This document shows, one piece after another, positions 21,193 to 31,576 of a DNA stretch of 64,000 bases (the stretch's first letter is position 1; every line of letters begins with the position of its first letter). The notes beneath the pieces are model-generated. The model was given only the letters and a program-made list of their open reading frames with translations. It was not told where the DNA came from and searched no databases. The position numbers and the translations under genes were made by a program. Source of the DNA: an uncultured Verrucomicrobiae bacterium (GTDB lineage: Bacteria; Verrucomicrobiota; Verrucomicrobiia; Chthoniobacterales; JAFAMB01); contig CAWAIK010000001.1 of NCBI GenBank assembly GCA_963782115.1, forward strand, positions 96,001 to 160,000. The letters are read 5' to 3'.

Positions 21193-23895
21193 TCACTCTT
21201 GCACAGCGCTCTTGAGATCAAGGGCTACGAATCGCAGCAGTTCGTCGTCTGCCATCTCTGTTAACAGGTTTTCGCCGCCGCCTTCAAGCAGCTCCGTTGC
21301 CAGGCTCTTCTTTTCTTCAAGAAGGCCATCGATGCGCTCTTCGATCGTACCACGGCAAACGAACTTGTGTACCAGGACGTTTTTCTTCTGTCCAATACGG
21401 AAAGCGCGGTCAGTGGCCTGGTTTTCGACAGCCGGATTCCACCAACGGTCGAAGTGAATGACATGGGAGGCGGCGGTCAGGTTCAACCCGGTTCCACCCG
21501 CTTTCAACGAGAGAATGAAGAACGGCGGCCCGGCATCCTGCTGGAACCTCTCGACCAGCCGTTGCCGCTCCTTGACCGGCGTGGCGCCATGGAGGATCAG
21601 TCCGGGGCGGCCAAAAATTCGTTCCAGATGCGTCGCCAGCGGACCGGTAATTTCTTTGAACTGGGTGAAAACCAGCACCTTCTCCTGACGCGCGTCGATC
21701 TCTTCACCCAACTCGCGCAGCCGGGCAAACTTCCCGCTCTCGGCTGGATCGAATGCGCCGTCGCCGAGCCAGTGCGAAGGGTGATTGCAGATCTGTTTGA
21801 ACCGCATCAGAAAGGCCAGGATCAGTCCGCGCCGCTGGATGCCGTCGACGATGTCGAGTTTTTCGGCCAGTTCCTTGACCGACTGCTGGTAAAGCGCAGC
21901 CTGCGCTTTGCTCAACACACACCACGCCCCTATCTCGGTCTTCTCTGGCAGATCGCTGATGATATTCTTGTCGGTTTTGAGCCGGCGCAAGATGTATGGC
22001 CGGGTAAGATTGCGGAGCGGCGCGAAATGGCGGGTCTGGTCGCTGCTTAGACGCTTGATGGTTCGCCCAAACTCGGCGGCACTCCCCAACAATCCGGGAC
22101 AGATGAAACTGAACAACGACCAGAGATCGCCAACCCGGTTTTCGACCGGTGTGCCGGTGAGCGCAATCCGCGCCTGCGCCCGTAGCTCCTTAACCGCCGA
22201 TGTCTGGCGAGCCGCCGGATTTTTGATCGCCTGCGCCTCGTCGAGCACGACGAGCCGCCAATCGATTTGCCGCAGCGACGTCAGGCGTGTGGCCAGCAAG
22301 CCGTAGGTCGTGATCACCAGGTCTTTCCCGGACAGCGTGCGCGCCGGATCGGCGACAGCGTCCTTGAGCGTTTGCAGCGGCGTTTCCGACGGATGGGCAA
22401 AGAAAACGTCCAGCGTTGGGGTGAATCGCGCGATCTCGCTTTTCCAGTTAGCCAGCAGCGAGGCAGGCGCTACGAGCAGAGACGGTGCAGCAGCCGGTGC
22501 ACCCGCGGTTTCGCGCTTGAGCTGGAGCAGCAGCGCGAGAGTCTGAATCGTCTTGCCAAGACCCATGTCGTCTGCCAGACACGCCCCCAGGCCCAGCCGG
22601 CTCATGAACCAGAGCCAGCGCACACCCTCGCGCTGGTAACCGCGCAATTGCGCCCGCAGATCGCCCTCGGGGTCGAACCCTTCGATGACCGAGGGATCGT
22701 GCATGGCGCCCAGGGTTTTGCGCAGCCATTCGCCGGGCATGACCTGAGACCATTCGCGGGTCTCGGGCTGCGCCAGCGGATCGCTGTCGTCGCGGCCGAT
22801 GCCGGCCAGCAGCCGCATCCCTTCGAGAAACGAGACGCCCTCGTTGCCTTTTTCGATCCGCTGCCAGTGTGCGAGTACCTGAGTGAGCCGATCGCGGTCG
22901 ATCTCCACCCATTTGCCTTTGAGCAAAACGAGTCCTTCCTTCGCGGCCATTAGCTGGCGGCACTCGGTAGCCGTGAGCCGATCGCCCTCGAGCGCGATCT
23001 CGACCGAAAAATCCATCAGGCTCTCCAAGCCAAGGAGACTGCTCGGTTTCTCGCCTATCCGGACATTGACCTGTGCGCGCGCGGGCCGCCCGCCTTTCCA
23101 CCAATCGGGCACCCGTACCAGGAGACCGCTTTCTTCAAACAGCGGGATGTCGCGCAAAAAACGGTGAGCCTCGCGCGGGGTCCAGACCATCGGCTGAAAC
23201 AGCCGGCGATTCTCTACCATCTCGCGTGCCAGGTCACTCTTCTCCGCGGCTCGTTGGACCGGCGCCAGCAGGCTGGTGAGAGCGGCCTTATTCTTCGCTC
23301 CGGCGTACTCCTGCAAAGCGCGCGCCAGCGGCAGATGCTGCGGCTTTCCCTGGTCGGAGAGCCGATGCGTATAGGTGGCTAGAAACGCGAAAGGACGATT
23401 AGGGTCGCGCTTGTTTTCAGCAAGATGAAAGGTCACCCGGCCGACGGTCTGCCAAAGCGGGTTCTTCGATTTCAGCCATCCGGACAGGCCGGTCGCGGCG
23501 GTTTCGCGGATCACCAACGCGCCAAACTCTTGCCAGAGTTTTTCGAGCAAATCGGAGGTCAGAAATTCGCCGCCGCGCATCGGCGGCGCCTCCTGCACGA
23601 ACTCCAAAAGTTCGTCGCGCTCGGACGGCAGCAGCGGTACCGCCCCGCTATCGATTCCTCCCGTATGACAGAGCCGCTGCAAGTAACCGCGCGCAAAATC
23701 CCGCCAATAGGCCGGCGACGGCGGCATGGAGAGCGTCAGCGCATCGGTCGCCAACAGCAGAAGCCCCTCTGCGGCCGACGCGCCAAAGGCCGTCTCCAAG
23801 CGTGCGGCCCATCTCTCGTTCACTGTCGGCAAAATCTCCGCCGTCCGCTCGACAAAGAGCCGGCCGCCGGGAGAAACCGCTATTTCCAATGACAT
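21193..23895 (-). CDS. SNF2/SWI2-family helicase (HelZ-like)
   Basis: LADDMGLGKT, DEAQAIKN, LTGTPVEN, LSLKAGGTGLNL, WWNPAVENQATDRAFRIGQ. Confidence 0.96.
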   Translation of the reverse strand: MSLEIAVSPGGRLFVERTAEILPTVNERWAARLETAFGASAAEGLLLLATDALTLSMPPSPAYWRDFARGYLQRLCHTGGIDSGAVPLLPSERDELLEFVQEAPPMRGGEFLTSDLLEKLWQEFGALVIRETAATGLSGWLKSKNPLWQTVGRVTFHLAENKRDPNRPFAFLATYTHRLSDQGKPQHLPLARALQEYAGAKNKAALTSLLAPVQRAAEKSDLAREMVENRRLFQPMVWTPREAHRFLRDIPLFEESGLLVRVPDWWKGGRPARAQVNVRIGEKPSSLLGLESLMDFSVEIALEGDRLTATECRQLMAAKEGLVLLKGKWVEIDRDRLTQVLAHWQRIEKGNEGVSFLEGMRLLAGIGRDDSDPLAQPETREWSQVMPGEWLRKTLGAMHDPSVIEGFDPEGDLRAQLRGYQREGVRWLWFMSRLGLGACLADDMGLGKTIQTLALLLQLKRETAGAPAAAPSLLVAPASLLANWKSEIARFTPTLDVFFAHPSETPLQTLKDAVADPARTLSGKDLVITTYGLLATRLTSLRQIDWRLVVLDEAQAIKNPAARQTSAVKELRAQARIALTGTPVENRVGDLWSLFSFICPGLLGSAAEFGRTIKRLSSDQTRHFAPLRNLTRPYILRRLKTDKNIISDLPEKTEIGAWCVLSKAQAALYQQSVKELAEKLDIVDGIQRRGLILAFLMRFKQICNHPSHWLGDGAFDPAESGKFARLRELGEEIDARQEKVLVFTQFKEITGPLATHLERIFGRPGLILHGATPVKERQRLVERFQQDAGPPFFILSLKAGGTGLNLTAASHVIHFDRWWNPAVENQATDRAFRIGQKKNVLVHKFVCRGTIEERIDGLLEEKKSLATELLEGGGENLLTEMADDELLRFVALDLKSAVQE

Positions 23896-24504
23896 CGTCT
23901 ACGGGCTTCCATTTCGGTCGAGTCTCGCACGAAGGCCGTGCAGGTCACGGAGGATTTTTTAGAATATTGATTCGGCCCTTGGTGCCCTGTGCCTCCTCTT
24001 AATCGTTCTCGTCATCGTCTTCGTCCTCGATCTCTGACCGCTGTCATCCCAGGCCGCGTTAATCCACCGAAGACCGAGAACGATGACGAGCACGGTCACG
24101 ATCATGGATTAATTGATGATCCGCCCCTCCATAACAATCTCGAATAACAATCAGTGCTTCCTTCATCGATCTTGCGCCGCAGCGAGCTCCCTTAGTAGCC
24201 TGCCTCTGAATCGTGCTCTTCTTATAGTCGTTATCGATCTTTGACCGCTGCTAACATGCCGTAAAACACCAAAGACCCAGAACGGCACGAGAAACGAGAT
24301 TACCGACTATTTGACAGTAACATGTTGCGCCTATGAACGGTTACAACTACCTGTGATTTTATCTAACGCCCAATAAAATTACTCGAATAACGCTAGAAGT
24401 GGTTACTATTCGACTCAGGGCGATGCTTGGCGGTGAACTCTTATTAACGGCACTAGCAGCTGTCAAAGACCGATACCGACGACGAGAACGAGCACGATTA
24501 CAGG

Positions 24505-24822
24505 CTACGTAACGGTCCACCCTTCCCTAACAATCTCCAGCAACATTGCTTCTCCTCCCTTTCGGTAGGGGGTTGTATCCTCCCAAACTTCGGCGGGGAT
24601 ATTGTACATATTCGCCCCGGGAAGAAAGATGTATTGTCGCTTTTGTTTCGGGTTCGGGTCGTAATGATAGAGGATCGCCGTCCAGGGAACTCCGTGCGAT
24701 TCCGCAACCATGTGTTTAAGCAAAAGAAATGCGCCAAAAGGCCACAAGTGCGGCCGCCGCATCATTTCTAACTCGTTGTGTCCGGCTAAGACATCGTCGT
24801 CGGTAACTCGTATGTGATTCAT
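24505..24822 (-). CDS. Hypothetical protein, paralog of 26247-26576 (open upstream to 24984)
   Basis: Strong similarity to the neighbouring ORF (LEMMRRPHLWPFG...TAILYH...EGW). GAGGAG precedes the ATG at 24822. Confidence 0.75.
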   Translation of the reverse strand: MNHIRVTDDDVLAGHNELEMMRRPHLWPFGAFLLLKHMVAESHGVPWTAILYHYDPNPKQKRQYIFLPGANMYNIPAEVWEDTTPYRKGGEAMLLEIVREGWTVT

Positions 24823-25386
24823 AATTTTTGATGACTCCTCTTTGAAATGTTGCCTGCCGCTGGCGGCTTTCCCACTGACACTGACATTATCGGGAAAGTT
24901 ACTGGAGCCCGCTGTGGAGGCGAAGGTGTTAACATCGAATAGGGCGATGCTGAGAAGAGCGAAACAGGCCAGGCTTTTAAACATTGTTCAATCGTCAGGA
25001 GCTGAGGTGATCTGCATCTGCTTCATCACATCAGGTCTGATTAATGAACGTAGGAAATAACCTCTAGGGGCTTTTCTTGCAGTAAGAGCAATTTGTCGGC
25101 TGATCCATCACAACGGCGCTACGAGAGGAACGTTAAATAACGCATATACGAGTGTTTCTTGATGTAATGGAAAATGCGACGAAATCTGGAAAATCAGATT
25201 ACCTGACACATTCGCAACGCGTTCGTTGCGGCGGAATACTCAATGAGCGCTTCGCGTAACGCTCATCTCCTGATGAGATCTCCACCCCACGAGAGGTTTG
25301 CTTATGTGGCGCTGCCGGCGCGCTTTGCCCTCACTGGGCGCGGTTTACGAGCCCAACACCACATAAGTGGGAAGACCACATTTTGG

Positions 25387-26073
25387 ATCCGGCTCTCCAG
25401 TTGGTGGTTACCTTTCGAGAAGATTAGCCGATGCAATCTCCTGAACTTTCAGGTTCGTTCAGTCGTTGTCTCCCGTTACCGGGGCGGCCAATAGACTCCG
25501 GACTAGAGTCGAAGGTTCGCGTACTTGCTTTTGCTCTTCACCGAACTGAGTCCATTGGACATTTACGGTGCTGTTTTCCTTCGTACTTTCGTTCAGCATC
25601 TCCACCTTCCTGCCTCCCTTGACTCCACGGGCATTACCCCGCTTCTTCGCTACTACGGAGGCTCTGTCACCTCCCGGGCACAGTTCTTCGGGCCTTCTAC
25701 TGACCATGAACGCTGTTCCTTTCCCGGTTCGTGATCCCTGATTCATATCGCTCCGACTTCAGACCATTCTATCTCCAACCACCCTATGCATTCCTATCGT
25801 TCTGCTCACTGCCTCGCCAGGGATAGGTCGCGGAATTGTCGCTCCCCCTTCACGGGACGGTCTCCGGTCTTGGCTTCGCCACACAGGAGCAGGCTCGCCA
25901 ATGCATCTTGGCCGAATCGAGTTCAACATTGTTTTGTTTATGGACTGGTCTTTCGCTTCCGGTTGCTCTCCACCCCGCCTCTCGACGACGCAGTTACCTT
26001 CTGCTACGGACAGGCCAGTGTTCCCGTCCGGAAAGGACTTTCACCTTCTCTTGGTGCGTACTTTCAGGCGCAC
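25387..26073 (-). mobile_element. Group II intron remnant (ORF-less, domain V truncated)
   Basis: 5' end GTGCGCC at 26073, GGTGAAAGTCC, domain III-like GAGCCTCCGTAGTAGCGAAGAAGCGGGGTAATGCCCGTGGAG, short domain IV with no RT, then ACTGGAGAGCCGGAT (5' arm of domain V) and loss of similarity. Confidence 0.85.
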
Positions 26074-26246
26074 TCCAGAGCCCCTCCGGGGCAATAAATC
26101 GCTCCAAATCCTCCTTAACTTAGAAGCGCCATTCACGGCTGACCCCACAGCTGACCCCACACTGAGACGGCCCTCGAAGTGCGAACTCCAATTAAGACCA
26201 GATACCTACTGACAACCGGCAACTGACACTGACAACTTCTTCTTCT

Positions 26247-26576
26247 TCACCCTACGATCCATCCCTCCATGATAATCTCAAACAGCAACGTCTCGCCGCC
26301 GCTCCGGTAATCGGCAGCGTTCGTCCAGAATTCGTCGGGGATATTGTAGATATTCGTTTCCGGAAGGAAGACGTACCTCTGCTTTTGTTTTGGGTGCGCG
26401 TTGAAATGGTAAAGAATCGCCGTCCTGGAGATGCCATGCGAGTCTACCGCAACTTGGTGTTTAAGCTGAAGGAACGAGCCGAAAGGCCAGAGATGCGTCC
26501 GCCGCATGATTTCCAGGTCGTGGCGCTCGATTACGACTTCATTGTCGGTGAGGGGTGTCTCGTTCATAAGTGTCAT
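26247..26576 (-). CDS. Hypothetical protein, paralog of 24505-24822
   Basis: LEIMRRTHLWPFG...TAILYH...NIYNIP...GGETLLFEIIMEGW aligns along its length with the other copy. Confidence 0.75.
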   Translation of the reverse strand: MTLMNETPLTDNEVVIERHDLEIMRRTHLWPFGSFLQLKHQVAVDSHGISRTAILYHFNAHPKQKQRYVFLPETNIYNIPDEFWTNAADYRSGGETLLFEIIMEGWIVG

Positions 26577-27383
26577 TTCTTTTTATCATTTGTCGGTTTT
26601 TATCTCTGTGCCTCAATCCCCGAATGGCGACGTTGCCTCCCTCTACAACAGGGTTGGCCTCCCAATCTGCTACTGACACTGATAACTTCTTCTACATCGG
26701 CATGACCAACGAGACATGAAGTAACTGCTTATCCGCATACCTCTTGTTCCAATGGTGGCTATGGATAATACCTAGATTCAGAGGGAAGTGCACGTTTTGT
26801 ATGGGTGCAAGTGGCGAAATATCGCGTTGCAAGAATGAGCCGCTTGTTAGAACCGTTGTGAATGTAAGATTGCTCGCACGCCGAGATGGAATTCCTGGCG
26901 TTTAGCACAGATGCAAACTTTATTTGGCTATGTTGCTTAGGCTGTATCAGAGTCATCGATTCATCTTCCAATCATCATCAAAATCAAAATGAACAATGTC
27001 GCCCGTGAAAATAGCATGACCGATCCGTGAACCGAGCTTGACACCAGTTTCCCCCGTTCATCGAACGGAACGACCTTTGCCATCGGTCGGCCCAGCAGTG
27101 TAACCATCAGCAGTGGAGGCGTGGACTGAACCCGTTTGATCTACTCAATACATCCGGCCTTAAACGCGGAAATCAAAATCCGTTCCATCCAAGAATCTAG
27201 AAGAGAGTCTGACCAAGTGAACACGACCAAGTCTTGTCAGAGTGCCCGTTTCCATCAGATCACAACCGCCTTTAGCTGCGACGGTTAAAAGCGCCTTGAA
27301 CACGTGAACGGAGGAACCAACCGGATGGCGATGCTCGTTCGCAAAGACGTCGAATACGATTGTTTGTCCTGAACTCCTGGCTC

Positions 27384-28160
27384 CTAATCAATGAGCTTCT
27401 TGCGAATCCGAACGAGCGACCAAAGACCGAGGACAAGCGCATAAGCGAGCATAACACCCAGATGATAGGAGATTCTATTCGGCGAAAACTGATTCCAGGC
27501 TGCCATCTGCAATAAACTCACTCCATGGTAGAAAGGCGAAACCTGGACAATGGCTCCGAATACCGGACGATCCGCAAGCGGAAAGAAGGTGCCTGAGATG
27601 AAGTACATAGGTGCGATGAGAAAGGAATAAACTGTTTGGAACTGGTTGATGTTGCGAACATACGACGAGGCGAGTAGTCCGATTGCGCCGCACGGGATGG
27701 CCAGCATTCCGCCGATCAACGGAAAAAGAAATATCGCCCATGGATTGGGCAATAACCGCAGGAGCGCCAGCACAATCCCGACCCCGCCGGCCATCAATCC
27801 GGCTCGAATCGTCACCCAGATGTACTCGCCCAAGACAACTTCACGTGTACCGATCTGTGTGGTCAGCATCGCCTTATAGACCGACTCAAACGTCATGCGA
27901 ACGTAGAAACCGTAACTGCACTCGAAAAACGCGGTGAAAAGGACCGTGGTAGCCGCCATTCCCGGGGCAAGATACTGAGAATAGCTCAAGCCGTGTATGC
28001 TTCCGATGAAGGGAGAAAGGCCCATGCCGAGCGCGATCATCATCAACGCCGGATCCGCGAGGGTCGGCGAAACGTTGGCCAGGAAATCTTTGCGATAAAC
28101 CACCCAGTTTCTGACAACGACGCGCCAGGCCAATCGGAATGACAAAATAAAATCACTCAT
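27384..28160 (-). CDS. ABC-2 type exporter permease (NodJ-like)
   Basis: YSQYLAPGMAA, FISGTFFPL, six TM segments. Confidence 0.9.
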   Translation of the reverse strand: MSDFILSFRLAWRVVVRNWVVYRKDFLANVSPTLADPALMMIALGMGLSPFIGSIHGLSYSQYLAPGMAATTVLFTAFFECSYGFYVRMTFESVYKAMLTTQIGTREVVLGEYIWVTIRAGLMAGGVGIVLALLRLLPNPWAIFLFPLIGGMLAIPCGAIGLLASSYVRNINQFQTVYSFLIAPMYFISGTFFPLADRPVFGAIVQVSPFYHGVSLLQMAAWNQFSPNRISYHLGVMLAYALVLGLWSLVRIRKKLID

Positions 28161-29079
28161 TTTCGCCCAGTTCCTCTCCGGTTAGTTTGAGATAGACATC
28201 TTCCAGGTTCGCCGGGCGCATTTGAATCGCCGTCACTCCGGAGGCGGCTTGTAAGGCGATGAGATGCTGGATTTCAGGTGCGCGAACGCAGTATTGCCTG
28301 GCTTGCATGAAACAATGCCAATTGGAATCAAGATGCATCTTGAGAGTACTCGCCTGATCGGCTTCAAAGATGCCAACAAATCCCGGAGTCTCTTTTTCGA
28401 TCAATTCCTTTGGTGACCCCGCCGCCACCGCAACACCGTGATTGAGGATAATCACCCGGTCGCAAAGCAATTCCGCTTCGTGCATATAGTGTGTGGTGAC
28501 GAGGATCGTTTTTCCTGCTTGCCCGTATGAGAGCACTTTGTCCCAGAGCAGATGCCGAACCGTGGGGTCAAGGCCGGTCGTCGGCTCGTCGAGAATCAGC
28601 AACTCAGGATCCGATAGCAGAGCTCGCACAAAAGTGAGCCTCCTCTTCATTCCTCCGGAGAGGGATCGGATCTGAGCATCGCGTTTGTGGCCCAGCGACA
28701 TGTGTTCCAGCAATTCTTCAATGCGTCGGAAAGGGTCTCTCACGCCTTGGAAACGGGCGTAGAGTCTCATGTTTTCAACTACGGTCAGTTCCTCGTCGAG
28801 AGCGTTTTCCTGTGGAACCACGCCAATTCGTTGTTTGATGCGCCGCGCATCTCGACCCGGATCAAAGCCGAAAACCCGAAGATCGCCGCCTGACCGTTCG
28901 ACTGAGCCGTAAAGACAGCCGATGAACGTGGACTTACCCGCGCCATTCGGCCCGAGCAATCCAACGCATTGTCCCGAATCAACGACCAAGCTTAACTCTT
29001 TCAGCGCCACGAATTCGCCGAAACGTTTCGTGACCCCGCGAGCATCAACGGGAACTGTGCTGGTTAAATTCGAGATCAT
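28153..29079 (-). CDS. ABC exporter ATP-binding protein (NodI-like)
   Basis: GPNGAGKS, LSGGMKRRL, LILDEPTTGLDP, TTHYMHEA. Confidence 0.93.
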   Translation of the reverse strand: MISNLTSTVPVDARGVTKRFGEFVALKELSLVVDSGQCVGLLGPNGAGKSTFIGCLYGSVERSGGDLRVFGFDPGRDARRIKQRIGVVPQENALDEELTVVENMRLYARFQGVRDPFRRIEELLEHMSLGHKRDAQIRSLSGGMKRRLTFVRALLSDPELLILDEPTTGLDPTVRHLLWDKVLSYGQAGKTILVTTHYMHEAELLCDRVIILNHGVAVAAGSPKELIEKETPGFVGIFEADQASTLKMHLDSNWHCFMQARQYCVRAPEIQHLIALQAASGVTAIQMRPANLEDVYLKLTGEELGENE

Positions 29080-29543
29080 GGCTTCTTGCGAACGCTGCCT
29101 ACCACTACGCGGTTCGCTCTGATTTACCCAGCTATTCGAGCAAGCCTATGCTTCTTTCTTCGGTCCCAATCCTTCATCGTTTCTCCCCTTCATCTTGGAC
29201 ACGACAGCGTTCGCCTACTTCATATATCCGGGGTTTGCGACGGATGTGCGAGATCTCTGGGTTGATATCCGCGAATATCTTTCTCGGGAAGAGTTTGCTC
29301 CTGAGATCATTGACCGTCTTGCGCGCTTGGCCGAGACGGAACCAGGGAACGAAAAAGTGTTGCCATTCGTCTGCCTGCTCTGGCGAGGGTTCGGCCAATA
29401 AGTTCGTCAGGGAAACAGACGATGGAGCGAATGCTGGGGCGCGAGGTGTTGCTGTCGGACGATTCGTGGCTGGAGCGACATCCATGTCGTGGTTCAAGAG
29501 AGGAGACTGGCGGGGTGGTCGGCCAATTTGTACATTGTCGCAA

Positions 29544-30239
29544 ATGACCATTTGGCGTTCGTTGCTTCTTATCTATCCGGCGATCGACGTACAGTTTCGG
29601 GATCAATCGGAAAGCGGACAACGATTCATCCACGTTCTGACGGATACGGAAGTGAGCGATGGGGTCGATTCTTTCCAACATTTTCCTTCGCTGGTCGAAG
29701 AGTTGACATCCCACAGAGCCACTGTCCGTTACGAGATCCATCGAGTGGAGAGATGCCTCACATCGTTGACGCACATGAGCGAAGGCATGTACTGGCCGTC
29801 GCCCACCGATACCCGGGAAGAGATTGACCGTTTGGCGACGCCGGGTTCCTATGATTCGATCTTCATTCTATGGCCGCAGCGCAATTTGAAGGATGGAACA
29901 TCAGTGCGATCCGCGGGGTGGGGCTTGGGTCTGGCTGCTTCCAGATGGTCAAACAATGCGACATACGCCACGATCGCCAATACAGAATCGTGGAGATGGC
30001 AGATCCCGGTGGTGGGCGAAGTATGGCTTCATGAATGGCTGCATGGTGTTTGCGCTTACTTCGCCGGCCTGGGTTACCCAATGCCCGGTGGAGATGCAGA
30101 CGGCGGCGCGCGACACGGATACGCGCAATCAAGAGTCTCCGGGTGGACGGAATATTATCGCGATTTGATGACGGGGAACGTGCTCGATGAAGGGAGGGTT
30201 AAGGGAATCCCGCTCGAGGCGTGGGCCAATTTCTCTTAG
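29544..30239 (+). CDS. Hypothetical protein with an HEXXH motif (possible zinc metallopeptidase); start uncertain
   Basis: GEVWLHEWLHG. The upstream part of the 29148 ORF looks non-coding. Confidence 0.6.
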   Translation: MTIWRSLLLIYPAIDVQFRDQSESGQRFIHVLTDTEVSDGVDSFQHFPSLVEELTSHRATVRYEIHRVERCLTSLTHMSEGMYWPSPTDTREEIDRLATPGSYDSIFILWPQRNLKDGTSVRSAGWGLGLAASRWSNNATYATIANTESWRWQIPVVGEVWLHEWLHGVCAYFAGLGYPMPGGDADGGARHGYAQSRVSGWTEYYRDLMTGNVLDEGRVKGIPLEAWANFS

Positions 30240-30571
30240 TCGTTCTCGTCGTCTTTATCGGTTCTCTAGGGCTACATTCAGCCGCGGGGGGGGCGTTAGT
30301 GGACGGTTTTACGGCGGAGTGGAGCGCTTTTGGCTGGCGACGGGTAGCGATCGCACAACGACGAGAACGATAACGATTTTTTGGGAGGTGATTTTCCCGG
30401 TTGGCGAAAGAGGAGCGCGGCTGTCTGTTGGGTTCACGGTTTTCTGGCGGAGTAAGGCGCTTTTGGCCGGCCGCGCTGAGAGGTCGAGGAGGAGAACGAT
30501 AACGATTGAGGAGACGAGAGAAAGGAGCTCTGTTTGGGTTCACCTTTTTTCTGGCCGGTGCGATTACCGTT

Positions 30572-30952
30572 TCAATGTGATTTCGCTGAAAGCTCTTTGG
30601 CGACTTGGATTCCGCGAGAAGTTAACCTAATCGAATCCGAGATAAGCCCTCGTTCTTTTAGTCGTCTGAGTGAGCGGCTTAGCGAGGTTCGCGCGGCGTT
30701 TGCTTTCTCTGGTCCCACCGCCGCATCGTCGATCACCAGCCATTTGTGCCCGTAGTCTTTCCTCTGCGTTCGAAGCGGAATCTTAAAGTAATCTCGTAAA
30801 ACAAAGATTCTCAAAAGGTGAACGGGCGGTAAATAGCTCGTACGGCGATATTTCTTGGGTTCGTCCGATCCTGCTTCTATGATTTCGCCGTAAGCTTCGA
30901 TCAGAATCCAGCGCTGTAGACGGGAAAGCTTTTCTTCAGAGAACCAGAGCAT
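30572..30952 (-). CDS. Hypothetical protein with a winged-HTH-like C-terminus
   Basis: LSRLQRWIL...RTSLSRSLRRLKERGLI...IRLTSRGIQVAKEL. Confidence 0.6.
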   Translation of the reverse strand: MLWFSEEKLSRLQRWILIEAYGEIIEAGSDEPKKYRRTSYLPPVHLLRIFVLRDYFKIPLRTQRKDYGHKWLVIDDAAVGPEKANAARTSLSRSLRRLKERGLISDSIRLTSRGIQVAKELSAKSH

Positions 30953-31149
30953 AAAAAGGTGGAATATTCGATCCGCTGTTGCTGGAAAAGTTAGGTGGTC
31001 TGCGATCTGATTTCTTTCAGAACCATTAGAAAGTCAAATTCCCCTTCATCCATCTGTTTAGCCATCGCATATGCCACGCGCAGGACCGCTGCACAAACCA
31101 GTTGCATCACCATAATATGCGAGACCGTGCTCTAGCGGCGTTTTTACGA

Positions 31150-31309
31150 TCAGGCCTCAGGGACAATAGGGCGGACCTTGACGGTTACGCCGTAGTCCAG
31201 ACAGGGGTTGCCTTCCGCGATTTGCACCGCTTTCGTCAAGATTCGTTGTCTGAATGCACCAGTAGCCTACGATCGCTTCCTTGGATTCCGTAAATGGGCC
31301 GTCTGTGAC
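31150..31309 (-). pseudogene. YciI/DGPF-family C-terminal fragment
   Basis: VTDGPFTESKEAIVGYW, frameshift, then AVQIAEGNPCLDYGVTVKVRPI. Not in the ORF track. Confidence 0.75.
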
Positions 31310-31576
31310 CGCTTTTATAACGAAGAGTGGCTTTCTCGGTCGGCGGGAAAGGAGGGGACTCTCTGTTTACGTTTATTCTGCCAGAGTAAAGGGCTTTTAC
31401 CGGGCAACGCTCAGAGATCGAGAACGAGGACGACGACGAGAACGAGAACGATTTTTGGGAGAGGGTGGATCAAACAGAGAGATGTCCGCCCGCATTGCTC
31501 TTGGCTATCTCGGGCTCATTTACGATAAGGTTGTTCTTGCGCTGTCGATTCGTCCAGAACAGTAGAAAGGAATACT

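Noticed and set aside
25387..26073. Active ORF-less ribozyme
   Set aside because: Only the 5' arm of domain V remains. Domain VI and the 3' splice site are absent. I could not assign EBS/IBS pairing by eye.
24505..26576. Diversity-generating retroelement (TR/VR pair)
   Set aside because: The copies differ throughout, not only at adenines, and there is no RT ORF. The intervening RNA is a group II intron.
26700..27380. Long intergenic stretch as ncRNA or gene
   Set aside because: No convincing ORF, repeat or RNA motif recognised.
29148..29543. N-terminal 132 aa of the 363-aa ORF, and the 29195-29401 ORF
   Set aside because: No recognisable motifs. Cannot tell a small gene or remnant from a chance open frame.
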